Source of the DNA: an uncultured Prevotellaceae bacterium
GTDB taxonomy: Bacteria > Bacteroidota > Bacteroidia > Bacteroidales > UBA3663
NCBI GenBank assembly: GCA_964567855.1
Contig: CAZMOE010000008.1
Location: forward strand, 4,921-68,920
Reading direction: 5' to 3'
Length of the DNA stretch: 64,000 bases
Shown: piece after piece, positions 25,482 to 34,742 of the stretch
Numbering within the stretch: position 1 is the stretch's first letter
Layout of the letters: each line of letters opens with the position of its first letter
The notes under the pieces: model-generated
Databases searched by the model: none
Told to the model about the DNA's origin: nothing
What the model saw: the letters and a program-made list of their open reading frames with translations, nothing else
Made by a program: the position numbers and the translations under genes

Positions 25482-27830
25482 TTATTGTTTCAAAATTTTT
25501 GAAGTACGCTCAACAATACGGATATCATCCAGGCTGAACATAACCCCACCGGCATCGGCTTCGGAGGCAAGCAGTTCCCGCTGGACAGGCTGAAGATAAA
25601 CGGGATACTCCCGGCCATAAGGTAGAATCTTGAGTTCGACACGCTTACCGACCAAATCGGCGACCCGCACCAGCATTTCCCGGCCATTCCAATAATTATC
25701 GGCAACAAGCCGACCGTCGGCATATACACGGGCGACATCTCCTTTATAATCGATGCGGAGGAAAAGAGCGTCGATCTGTTCCTGCGATTTGCTTTTCACC
25801 ATATCGGTCACATCGGAAAGATCCCACACGGCAGCCTGGGCGAAATCTGCCTCTACCGGCATCGTCGCCACTTTGGCGTTACCCATTTTCACCGTACGCA
25901 GACCCTTATGCGGCTGCACGGGGCGGGCTTTCATCCTCTTTCCGACGCTCCAAGTCTCCTCGATAAGCCTTCCATCTTCATTGTAGATGATTCCGGTACG
26001 GGAGAAAGCGACACCTTCTCTGACGGAGGTGCCTCCGGCAACGCCTGCGGCACCTCCCACTTTATAGGCGGTCATCGCCTTGTCGGGCGAAAGGATACAA
26101 ACCTCGATCTTACGGCCTGCGGCATTGACGACGGTAAAAGAGCGGTTGAGTTTAGGCGTATATTTTTTGCCGTCGATGCTGATCTCGGCCTGAATGCCTT
26201 CACAGGCGACGAGCCAGAGCTGCGGCACCTTGCCGGAAACCTTTGTAAAAAGCTGGGCGGAAGCCCAATCGATCTTCATGCCCTCAAAATCGATCCCGAA
26301 AGGCCAGACAAAACAGGCATCGGAAGGAACCGTCACCGGGACGGAGGGGAACTTTACCGTCTCGCCCTCTGTCGTGACAAGTTCGAACTGTACACCCTGC
26401 TTGGCAGTAAGCGGCATCATCCGCAGATAGTTATTGACAAAAAGGAAGCCGCTGCGACCGTCGGTGCGGACACTCCAGCGCAGGTGTTCATCCTTCCGGC
26501 CGTTCTCGCTATTGGTAGAAGGGAAAACCGGATCCATATCGCGCATCACTCCACCCCAATCCTGAAGCATCTGATGGAAAACGCGAGTGTTGTGATAAGA
26601 ATGATTCGTCTGTCCCATCTCTCCGAGCGGCGCCTGAAAGTCATAAGACTTGTAGCAGACGTCATTATGCGCCGTGCTTTTGGAATCCTGCATCTCTCCC
26701 ATCGAATGGGCGGCTCCGCCGGCACAGGTACTTTCCGGATTCGTTCCTCCGTGATACATATAATAACCGGGCAGATTCGATCCGCTGCCGACTTTGGTCA
26801 CGCAAAGGGCCAGTGCATCGCGGTCGAAAATATGAATACGGCGGTGATAGGCGGTCTGCATGCCTCCGCCCAATTCACAGGTAAAATAAGGATAAGCCAG
26901 ATCGGAACGCTCCATCTCCGTGCTCTGGTTACTGCCGAAAGTCTCGGTAGCGATATTTGCCGAAAGACGGGTCTGCTTGAATGCGAAAGCATCGGGATAA
27001 GCACCGGGCATGTCTTCAGCCTTACGTTCCCAAAAGCCGTCGGCATAATCGCCGTAAAGAGGAAGAATCTCGCCGAAGACCTCCCGGCCATTCAGTTTCG
27101 GCCAGCCTGTACGGGTATAGAACGGTAAATCATAGCCGATCTCCAAGGCCATCTTCTTCAAGGCCTGATAATAAGGCCACGGACCGCGGCATTCATTCTC
27201 CAGCTGCATTCCGATCACCGGGCCGCCGTCTTTCCACAGAAGTCCGCCAACCTGCTTGTAAATGTTTTCATAAAGCAGCCGCACCGCGGCCATAAAACCC
27301 GGAGCGAGACTGCGTAACTTGTACTGTTTTGGGTCTGCGATCGCCTTGTCGACAATCCATTCAGGGAAGCCGCCCTGATATACCTCGCCATGACAGAAAG
27401 GACCGACGCGAATAACCATCGGCATTCCGACTTCAGCGCAAGTTTCGATGAATTTACGAAGATTCCGGTTTCCGCTCCAGTTCCATACGTTCTCTTCCTC
27501 CTCATGATGAATCCAGAAAACATAAGTCGCCACCATGGTCACACCCCCGGCACGCATTTTAAGCAATTCCCGTTTCCAGTCTCTCTCCGGAACGCGGGCG
27601 TAATGAATTTCTCCCATCACGGGCATGACCGCCTCGCCCCCGATCAGAAAACCTTTGTTATCGACAGTGACCGCCGTACCGGCAGGATTCGCAGCAGTAC
27701 CGAACTGAAAGGTTCCGGCAGAACGGGGAAGCGGTTTTTCAAGCTGTAATCGGTAATCTTGTGCCAGCAAAGCGCTGCAGCAATAAAAGAAACCCGCAAC
27801 CGCCAGCAATATGGATCTGTTGTTTCGCAT
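25482..27830 (-). CDS. beta-galactosidase, glycoside hydrolase family 35
   Basis: Start trimmed to MRNNRSILLAVAG. GH35 signature GEIHYARVPERDWKRELLKMRAGGVTMVATYVFWIHHE...VGPFCHGEVYQGGFPEWI and acid/base region MQLENE. Confidence 0.88.
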   Translation of the reverse strand: MRNNRSILLAVAGFFYCCSALLAQDYRLQLEKPLPRSAGTFQFGTAANPAGTAVTVDNKGFLIGGEAVMPVMGEIHYARVPERDWKRELLKMRAGGVTMVATYVFWIHHEEEENVWNWSGNRNLRKFIETCAEVGMPMVIRVGPFCHGEVYQGGFPEWIVDKAIADPKQYKLRSLAPGFMAAVRLLYENIYKQVGGLLWKDGGPVIGMQLENECRGPWPYYQALKKMALEIGYDLPFYTRTGWPKLNGREVFGEILPLYGDYADGFWERKAEDMPGAYPDAFAFKQTRLSANIATETFGSNQSTEMERSDLAYPYFTCELGGGMQTAYHRRIHIFDRDALALCVTKVGSGSNLPGYYMYHGGTNPESTCAGGAAHSMGEMQDSKSTAHNDVCYKSYDFQAPLGEMGQTNHSYHNTRVFHQMLQDWGGVMRDMDPVFPSTNSENGRKDEHLRWSVRTDGRSGFLFVNNYLRMMPLTAKQGVQFELVTTEGETVKFPSVPVTVPSDACFVWPFGIDFEGMKIDWASAQLFTKVSGKVPQLWLVACEGIQAEISIDGKKYTPKLNRSFTVVNAAGRKIEVCILSPDKAMTAYKVGGAAGVAGGTSVREGVAFSRTGIIYNEDGRLIEETWSVGKRMKARPVQPHKGLRTVKMGNAKVATMPVEADFAQAAVWDLSDVTDMVKSKSQEQIDALFLRIDYKGDVARVYADGRLVADNYWNGREMLVRVADLVGKRVELKILPYGREYPVYLQPVQRELLASEADAGGVMFSLDDIRIVERTSKILKQ

Positions 27831-27909
27831 GACTGTTATCTTATTTTTTATTTGAAGAATTATTAATGACATATCACCTATTCCTGTGAAAAATCTTCGG
27901 TCCGGACGT

Positions 27910-29307
27910 TCATGCGGAATGAGTCAATTCCCGCTCCAGCTCCTCCAGAGAACGGCCTTTGGTTTCCGGCAACCGACGATAAAAGCAAAAGAACCCGCAG
28001 ATGCAAATCGCAGCATAAATCCAAAAGGTTCCGCTACTGCCGAAAGCCATATTCAGCGACGGGAAAGAGAACGTAAGGGTCGTACAGCCCATCCACAAAG
28101 CAAAGGTGCAGGTAGCCATTGCAATTCCACGCACCCGGTTGGGAAAGATCTCGGACAATAGTACCCAGGTGACCGGTCCCAACGACATGGCATAGCAGGC
28201 AATGGCAGCCACTACCAGCACAACCATGAAGAATCCCGTAATGTGAAAATAGTAGCAACTGCCCAGAATGAGATAAATCATTCCAAGACCACCGGCACCG
28301 AACAACATCAGCGAGCGGCGGCCCCAGCGGTCGACCGTATAAAGCGCGACGATCGTGAAAATCACATTCGCAATACCGGTAATGACAATATTGAAAAGGA
28401 CATCACCGACCTGATAGCCGGCAGCCGAAAATATTTCCTGTGCATAGTTGAAAATAACATTCGTGCCGCACCACTGCTGAAATACGGCAATGACAATTCC
28501 CAAAACCAGAACCGCTGCATAACGGCGGGAGAATAGTTCTCTCAGTCCCCCCCTTTCCTGTCGCGCGTCGGTATCGGCAACCTCATGAATATGAGCCAGG
28601 CAGGCATCGGCATAATCTCCGCCTCCCAAGCGGCTCAATGTCGCCCTGGCGCGAGCGGTATATCCCTTCATGGCCTGCCAGCGCGGACTCTCCGGGATAC
28701 AGAATGCAAGCAGGAGAAAGAGCGCCGCCGGCAGGGCTTCGGCCCAGAACATATAGCGCCACCCCTGCTGCCCGTTCCAAGAGGCCAGAATATCGGCGGC
28801 AGTGAAACCCGCCGGGACCGGATCGGCCAATTGCCAGTTGACGATCTGCGCCCCCAGAATGCCGAGCACGATAGTCATCTGATTCAAAGAAACCAACTTG
28901 CCGCGAATCTCCGCCGGAGAAATTTCGGCGATATACATCGGCGACAAGGCCGAAGCAATACCGATACCGATGCCTCCCACAAAACGGGCGATATTAAACA
29001 TCGTAAAATCATCGTACCAGCCGGTGGCTACAGCCGATACCGTAAAGAGAACGGCCGATACAATGAGCAACGGTTTACGTCCATAACGATCGGAAAGCGC
29101 TCCGGCCACCATGGCACCTATCAGGCAGCCCACCAAAGCGGTCGACATGGCCACGCCCTGCCAGAACGGAGAGTCGGAAATGCTGAAAAAAAGTTCGTAA
29201 AAAGGTTTCGCCCCGCCGATCACGACCCAGTCATAGCCGAAAAGCAAACCTCCCATCGCCGAAACGAGACAAATAAAATAGATGAAGCCACGATTATAAG
29301 TTTTCAT
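27910..29307 (-). CDS. MFS sugar porter (XylE/AraE-like sugar:H+ symporter)
   Basis: Start trimmed to MKTYNRGF. Sugar-porter motifs GGLLFGYD, SDRYGRKPLL, PESPRW and PETKGRSLEE. 12 TM-like segments. Confidence 0.9.
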   Translation of the reverse strand: MKTYNRGFIYFICLVSAMGGLLFGYDWVVIGGAKPFYELFFSISDSPFWQGVAMSTALVGCLIGAMVAGALSDRYGRKPLLIVSAVLFTVSAVATGWYDDFTMFNIARFVGGIGIGIASALSPMYIAEISPAEIRGKLVSLNQMTIVLGILGAQIVNWQLADPVPAGFTAADILASWNGQQGWRYMFWAEALPAALFLLLAFCIPESPRWQAMKGYTARARATLSRLGGGDYADACLAHIHEVADTDARQERGGLRELFSRRYAAVLVLGIVIAVFQQWCGTNVIFNYAQEIFSAAGYQVGDVLFNIVITGIANVIFTIVALYTVDRWGRRSLMLFGAGGLGMIYLILGSCYYFHITGFFMVVLVVAAIACYAMSLGPVTWVLLSEIFPNRVRGIAMATCTFALWMGCTTLTFSFPSLNMAFGSSGTFWIYAAICICGFFCFYRRLPETKGRSLEELERELTHSA

Positions 29308-29338
29308 AGTATATAGAATAAATATGTGTTCATGGTGG

Positions 29339-29346
29339 CAAAAGTA
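29339..29346 (-). promoter_or_regulatory. sigma-A -7 motif (TActTTTG) for the MFS-GH35-GH43-DUF5107 unit
   Basis: The plus strand reads caaaagta, 32 nt upstream of ATG 29307. Confidence 0.45.
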
Positions 29347-29406
29347 CAAAGAAAAATCGACACCGCCGGTGGATAATCGTGCTATTTCATGTGGACAATC
29401 GTCCCA

Positions 29407-30309
29407 TCATGGAGTTTCTTTCATGTATTGGCTGCGGAAGCGACCGGCAGAGATCCCCATGATCTTCTTGAACGTGCGTGCAAAATACTGGCTGTCACTG
29501 AATCCCAGCTTATAGGCGATCTGCCCGACCGACAAAGGGGTATCGATCAGCAAAAGGCAGGCCTTGTTCACTTTTAAGCGGATAAAATAGTCCAACGGTG
29601 ACTGTCCCGTTTCCTCTTGAAAACGACGATAGAAATGGGACCTCGAAAAATGTCCTGCGGCAGCCATTTCCTCAACGCTCAGACGGTTTTCCACATTTTC
29701 CTCCATATAATGAATGACCTTGCCGACGGCATCCGTATCACGTTTTTTCCGATATGCTCCCTTCCGATAGACATTTACATAACGGAAAGTCCCCAGCAGA
29801 TGCTGCAAAACAAGATTCGCATAACCGAGAGCATCGGCATTAAGATTCTTGCTGAGTAAAAAGAATATCTCCTCAAACAAATCGATACGTTCGGCGATCC
29901 GGGAATCATCGGCAGGAGAGATACGTGTCGGAACAGCCAATCCCTCGGCAAGACACGGGGCTTTCAGCCCGTCAAAATGCAACCAATAGATCGACCAGGG
30001 ATCTTCCTCTTCGCTGCCATAGGCATGCGCTGCGCCTTTGGGAATCACGATAAACTCATCCTGCGACAATCGGCAACGGCCGCCGGCGACATCGACCCAA
30101 CCGCTGCCATCCCTGACGTAGATGAGAATATACTCCGGGCTGCCGCCCGGACGACGGACATAGTGGAACCGTGCATGGGGAAAATATCCGATGCAGGAAA
30201 GATACAGATCCTGCGAAACCAGGCTCTGTGTCACCTTCCCGACAACGGCCGGAGGTATAGTGAGGAATCGCTGCCCCTCAAATCCGTCCGCTAACTTCGG
30301 TCTGATCAT
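29407..30309 (-). CDS. AraC-family transcriptional regulator (cupin sensor + HTH)
   Basis: Start trimmed to MIRPKLADGFEGQRF. N-terminal cupin-like region (FHYVRRPGGSPEYILIYVRDGSGW..., IPKGAAHAYG). C-terminal AraC double HTH (SHFYRRFQEETGQSPLDYFIRLKVNKA..., GFSDSQYFARTFKK). Confidence 0.88.
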   Translation of the reverse strand: MIRPKLADGFEGQRFLTIPPAVVGKVTQSLVSQDLYLSCIGYFPHARFHYVRRPGGSPEYILIYVRDGSGWVDVAGGRCRLSQDEFIVIPKGAAHAYGSEEEDPWSIYWLHFDGLKAPCLAEGLAVPTRISPADDSRIAERIDLFEEIFFLLSKNLNADALGYANLVLQHLLGTFRYVNVYRKGAYRKKRDTDAVGKVIHYMEENVENRLSVEEMAAAGHFSRSHFYRRFQEETGQSPLDYFIRLKVNKACLLLIDTPLSVGQIAYKLGFSDSQYFARTFKKIMGISAGRFRSQYMKETP

Positions 30310-30329
30310 GGCATACTGATTTATCGGGA

Positions 30330-30337
30330 CAAAGATA
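30330..30337 (-). promoter_or_regulatory. sigma-A -7 motif (TAtcTTTG) for the AraC regulator
   Basis: The plus strand reads caaagata, 21 nt upstream of ATG 30309. Confidence 0.45.
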
Positions 30338-30370
30338 AGCAAATATTCCGCAACAGAGGATGCCCGGATG

Positions 30371-32017
30371 TTAAAATCCGCCTCCGACTACCGCAGCAGT
30401 CCCTTCACGAAGGGCGACAGGAATCCGATGCGTTCCACAACCGGACGGTTCCGTCAGCGACACACCGGGAACGGTATGGATGAAACGGATATCGGAAGAT
30501 TTTTCTCCCCCGATGATCAAAGTAAGCGAATCGGAAGGTGTGGAAAATCGGACACGGTCGAATGTCACGCGGCGTGCATCTAAAAAATGGATTCTTTCAT
30601 TGTCTGCAGCGATATCCAGATTCCGCAAAGTGAAACCATCGACATCATCCAATGCGCGGACAAGTTCACGGCAATGAATTCGCCCGTTCTCAATGGAAAC
30701 ATCCGAAAGCGGCGCCTCCGGAATACAATGCCCGGTCATCAGCCGATCCGCCGAAGCGACAACAAAATCACGTATATGTATATTGCGGACGACGGGAGTC
30801 AAAGGCGTCATCTCTCTGGCGGGAACACGCGCCGCCAGCTCGCCGACATATTTGGACTGCCCCAGCAGATCCCACGTGAAAGCCTCTCTGACATCATTCA
30901 TACGGATACGCTCGCAAAAGAATCCGTCTACCCCTCCCCCTCGGTTACGGCGGGTCTTGAAGCGGACGGCCCGATCGTTACCCTGAAAGACACAATCATG
31001 CACGTAGACGTTGCGGATATGACCGGCAGTCTCACTGCCGCATGTGATACCGCCATGCCCGCTCAGGGCCAGACAATGACGAATCAGGATATTCTCTGTC
31101 GGACGATTGACGCGGATACCGTCTTCCGCGCGACCGGCTTTCATGGTGAAACAATCGTCTCCGTTGCTGAGTGTACAATATTCTATCAACACATTGCGGC
31201 TTGACTCGATGTCGATTCCATCACCAGTAGGAATACCGACGGAATAAACCGTGACGCCGCGAACAATCACACTGTCGCAGTAGATCGGCACGATATTCCA
31301 AGTCACACCCTGCTTGATGGTGATGCCTTCGATAAGCACGCGACGGCAATCGACAGGCGAAATGGCCTTCGGCCGGTAAAAGGAACGACCACACAGACCG
31401 TCGCCGCCCCTTGCGGCAATCGGGAGACGATAATCTATTTCCTGTTCGATGACTTTCGTATTGCTGCGGGCGGTCCGAACTTCAGTATCAGGCGCCGGCC
31501 CGAAAATAATTCCTCTGCCCGTCACTGCGATATCCTCCTGTCCCAGCGCGTAGATGAAAGCACCCGATCCCATCAGTTCGATGCCCTCCACCCGGGTAAA
31601 AACAGCCGGCTGATAGTCGGCCACACTTCCGCTGAAATGCAATTCAGCCCCTTCGGCAATGTGCAGGTTGACCCGGCTCTTCAACTCAATACGTCCGGAC
31701 CGCCACCGGCCGTGCGGGATGACCACCATACCACCTCCTCGCCGGCTCACCTCGTCGATCAAAGTGTTCACAAGATCTGTGATCATGCTATCCGGTTGGG
31801 CGCCCCGCTCCCGAATGTCTATGCACAAAGCCGGAAATTCCGGACGGTGCAAAGTAGGAAAAAAGAACGGGACACCCTCCGGCGGTACTATTGTATCGGG
31901 CAGGAGTTGTGCCCCCACCTCTCCCATCTCCGGGATAACAACCTGCGGAATAGCCCGGCTTTTTACCATCCAACATATCCCTGCCAAAACGAAAATCCAT
32001 ATTCTGCAATTTTTCAT
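30371..32017 (-). CDS. glycoside hydrolase family 28 (exo-galacturonidase / rhamnogalacturonan galacturonohydrolase-like)
   Basis: Signal peptide present. Parallel beta-helix repeats with GH28 catalytic blocks PTGDGIDIESS, NGDDCFTMKAG, SGHGGITCGSE and RFKTRRNRGG. Confidence 0.85.
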   Translation of the reverse strand: MKNCRIWIFVLAGICWMVKSRAIPQVVIPEMGEVGAQLLPDTIVPPEGVPFFFPTLHRPEFPALCIDIRERGAQPDSMITDLVNTLIDEVSRRGGGMVVIPHGRWRSGRIELKSRVNLHIAEGAELHFSGSVADYQPAVFTRVEGIELMGSGAFIYALGQEDIAVTGRGIIFGPAPDTEVRTARSNTKVIEQEIDYRLPIAARGGDGLCGRSFYRPKAISPVDCRRVLIEGITIKQGVTWNIVPIYCDSVIVRGVTVYSVGIPTGDGIDIESSRNVLIEYCTLSNGDDCFTMKAGRAEDGIRVNRPTENILIRHCLALSGHGGITCGSETAGHIRNVYVHDCVFQGNDRAVRFKTRRNRGGGVDGFFCERIRMNDVREAFTWDLLGQSKYVGELAARVPAREMTPLTPVVRNIHIRDFVVASADRLMTGHCIPEAPLSDVSIENGRIHCRELVRALDDVDGFTLRNLDIAADNERIHFLDARRVTFDRVRFSTPSDSLTLIIGGEKSSDIRFIHTVPGVSLTEPSGCGTHRIPVALREGTAAVVGGGF

Positions 32018-32032
32018 ATCTCAATTCTATCG

Positions 32033-34732
32033 TTATTTCAATTTCAGATTCCGGAACCAATGCCTACCGGAATTCAACCGCTTCACTTTACCATCAGGCA
32101 AATGCACCTCCGCTGTGGTATTAGGCGGCAATACGATCATCCATTCTATACCGGAATCCCGACGGTGCCATTCGCTCCGGATAAGCCCATAAGGCGACCG
32201 ATGCGAGGCCACGACCCCGGAGAGCGCCTCCGTATGGAAATCGGGCCTCATGATAACATGTTTGAAACCGGGAATGGAAAGATCGCTGCTGATTCCCGCC
32301 AGATTTTCAAAACACCAAGGCAACAAATCTCCCAACAGCATAACATGATTACCACTATTCATCGAAGGATTGGCGGTATTGCCGTTCCATAATTCCCAGA
32401 TCGTGGTCGCTCCGTTCTTTAGCATATATCCCCAACCGGGATATTCCTCGTTGGAGGCGATCCTGTAAGCAATGTCGCCACAGCCGATAGAAGAAAGGTA
32501 GCGCATCAGCCACTGGATGCCGATCACCCCGCAACTTAAACGTCCCTCATTCTTCTCGACAATCGTCTTGATCAGCGTACGGCGTACAGCCTCTTCCTCA
32601 TTTGCAGGAACAATGCCCATAGCCAATGGCATTAAGTTAGCCGTCACTGTAGAATTGCCATACGTACCCTCTTTCAAAAATTCAGCATTGATCGCCTGGC
32701 ATGTTATTGCCGCCTCTTTTTTATAATAATCCGCATCCGCGTTCCTATTCAAACGAACAGCATGACGCGCCATCATCTTGCAAAGATAAAAGTAGTAGCA
32801 AGAAGAGATGAGCCGGCCTTCCGTAACCCGTGCGGGATCTTTGCTGTGAACCAGTGTAAGTTTTTCAGGTGGTACGCACCAATCGCCGTATCGGTCGTAA
32901 GTGATCAATCCTTTGTCATAAGACCTGCCGCGCACATAACGCAACCACTTGTCGATAAAGGGGTAGCATCTGTCCATCGGGCGAAAATCTCCATACTGGC
33001 GATACAGCATCTCGCAACCGAACGGAAGTGCTGCCGGCCAAGTGATATTGGTATTATAAAGCCGCCAATAGGCAGGAGCGACATCGGAAAGCGCTCCCTC
33101 GGGGCGTTGGGAGTCACATATGTCCCGCAACCATTTTCCGTACAACGGATAAACATCCAATAAATAGCTTTCACCCAGACATCCGGTCGTACGATCACCC
33201 AACCACGGCATCCGCTCATCCCGCTGCGGACAATCAATGGGCATTCCCTTATAATTACTACGGATTCCCCGCAAGGCGGCCTGCACAATGCTGTTCAATG
33301 TCTCATTCCCTTCTATAGTAATATAATTTCCTTCGGCTGATAAATCGTCGCTCAGCAACAAACGCTCCACATCATTGACTTGAAGATCCTTGACGCCGGT
33401 AATTTCCGCATACCGGAAACCGAACCAAGTGAATTCCGGCTGCCACAGGGCCTCCCGACCGTTACCGATATAGAAAGCCGCTTGCTCGGCACTGCGCAAA
33501 TTATCTGTATAAAGCCGTGTGCCATCATGGGAAAGCAATTCGGCGTGCCGGATGCAGACCGTGTCTCCCTTAGCCGGCCGCAAACGGAGACGGAGCACAC
33601 CGGCGCCATTCGTACCGAAGTCAAGAATATAACGTTCCCCATACCGTCGGATATCGACCGGCCTTTCAACCGCATATACCCGCACCGGCTCGGTAATATT
33701 GCCATGCATTTCACCACCGGGATCACCAACCGTTTCAGCATACGGCCAATTACGGTCGTCATATCCCGGCATCGTCCAACCGGGGAATTCCAATCGGCTG
33801 TCATACATCTCCCCATCATACAAATTGGAGTAACGCACGGCACCTTCGGTATTCAGCCGCCAGGAACTATCGGTCGCAATGGTCTCGGTAGTACCGTCAG
33901 CATATTCAAGAATCAAATCGAGACGCAAACGGGGCGTTCCGTAGGTCGTGCGCACATTAGCCTGGTAGTTCTGGGCCGGAGCAAAAAAATAACCGGCCTC
34001 GACCACAACGCCGATAGCATTATCGTCACCCAACATAGAGGTGACATCATAGCTGTTGTAAGCCACGGTTCGAGTGAAATCGGTAGGTACCGGTGTCAGC
34101 CAGTCATCTCCGACGCGCCTACCATTGAGATACAGAACATAAGTACCTAAGCCAGAAACATGGACAGTGGCACGACGCAGATTGCCGTGAGCGCGAAATT
34201 CTTTTCTGAAATAACGCCCCGTACAACGACTGTGCTGCGTGCTGCTGTCATGTACAAGCAAAGTGTCGGTACCAATCCACACCCCCCGCCACAGGGAATC
34301 GTTCAGCAAGCCGGTGGTCCACATCGCGACAGGACTCCAATCGGTATGTTTTTTCCCTGCCACACCACGGACACGCCAAAAATAGGCACGATTGGGCTGC
34401 AAAACAAGTGTGCCGGGGTCAACCCATTGCGAAGTGCTACTCTCGACCCAGCCGGAATCCCAAACATCGCCTTCGCAATGTTCCGCCTTTTCACGAGAAG
34501 AGGAGACAATGAGCCGGTAAGCCGTTTGCCGCACACCGTTACGACCGGAAACCCACTGCCAACCGAAACGCGGCTGCAATTCATCAAGCCCCATAGGGGC
34601 CTCACGGCCTTCGACAGTCAGGGAGGTAAGCTCACAAGATCTCTTTTCCGAAACATGCTTTCCGGAAACTGGTAACATGTGGCCGCTCCATGCGGCCACT
34701 ATAAATAGAAGGTATAATAAGCTCTTTTTCAT
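32033..34732 (-). CDS. alpha-L-rhamnosidase, glycoside hydrolase family 78
   Basis: 899 aa with a signal peptide. N-terminal rhamnosidase block PRFGWQW...RQTAYRLIVSS...VWDSGWVESSTSQWV...LQPNRAYFWRVRG. Central (alpha/alpha)6 region with PIDCPQRDERMPWLGD. Confidence 0.9.
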   Translation of the reverse strand: MKKSLLYLLFIVAAWSGHMLPVSGKHVSEKRSCELTSLTVEGREAPMGLDELQPRFGWQWVSGRNGVRQTAYRLIVSSSREKAEHCEGDVWDSGWVESSTSQWVDPGTLVLQPNRAYFWRVRGVAGKKHTDWSPVAMWTTGLLNDSLWRGVWIGTDTLLVHDSSTQHSRCTGRYFRKEFRAHGNLRRATVHVSGLGTYVLYLNGRRVGDDWLTPVPTDFTRTVAYNSYDVTSMLGDDNAIGVVVEAGYFFAPAQNYQANVRTTYGTPRLRLDLILEYADGTTETIATDSSWRLNTEGAVRYSNLYDGEMYDSRLEFPGWTMPGYDDRNWPYAETVGDPGGEMHGNITEPVRVYAVERPVDIRRYGERYILDFGTNGAGVLRLRLRPAKGDTVCIRHAELLSHDGTRLYTDNLRSAEQAAFYIGNGREALWQPEFTWFGFRYAEITGVKDLQVNDVERLLLSDDLSAEGNYITIEGNETLNSIVQAALRGIRSNYKGMPIDCPQRDERMPWLGDRTTGCLGESYLLDVYPLYGKWLRDICDSQRPEGALSDVAPAYWRLYNTNITWPAALPFGCEMLYRQYGDFRPMDRCYPFIDKWLRYVRGRSYDKGLITYDRYGDWCVPPEKLTLVHSKDPARVTEGRLISSCYYFYLCKMMARHAVRLNRNADADYYKKEAAITCQAINAEFLKEGTYGNSTVTANLMPLAMGIVPANEEEAVRRTLIKTIVEKNEGRLSCGVIGIQWLMRYLSSIGCGDIAYRIASNEEYPGWGYMLKNGATTIWELWNGNTANPSMNSGNHVMLLGDLLPWCFENLAGISSDLSIPGFKHVIMRPDFHTEALSGVVASHRSPYGLIRSEWHRRDSGIEWMIVLPPNTTAEVHLPDGKVKRLNSGRHWFRNLKLK

Positions 34733-34742
34733 ATTCTATCTA

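Noticed and set aside
24196-27128. 411-aa and 406-aa plus-strand ORFs opposite the GH43 and GH35 genes.
   Set aside because: These are shadow ORFs. The minus-strand genes carry diagnostic GH43 and GH35 blocks.
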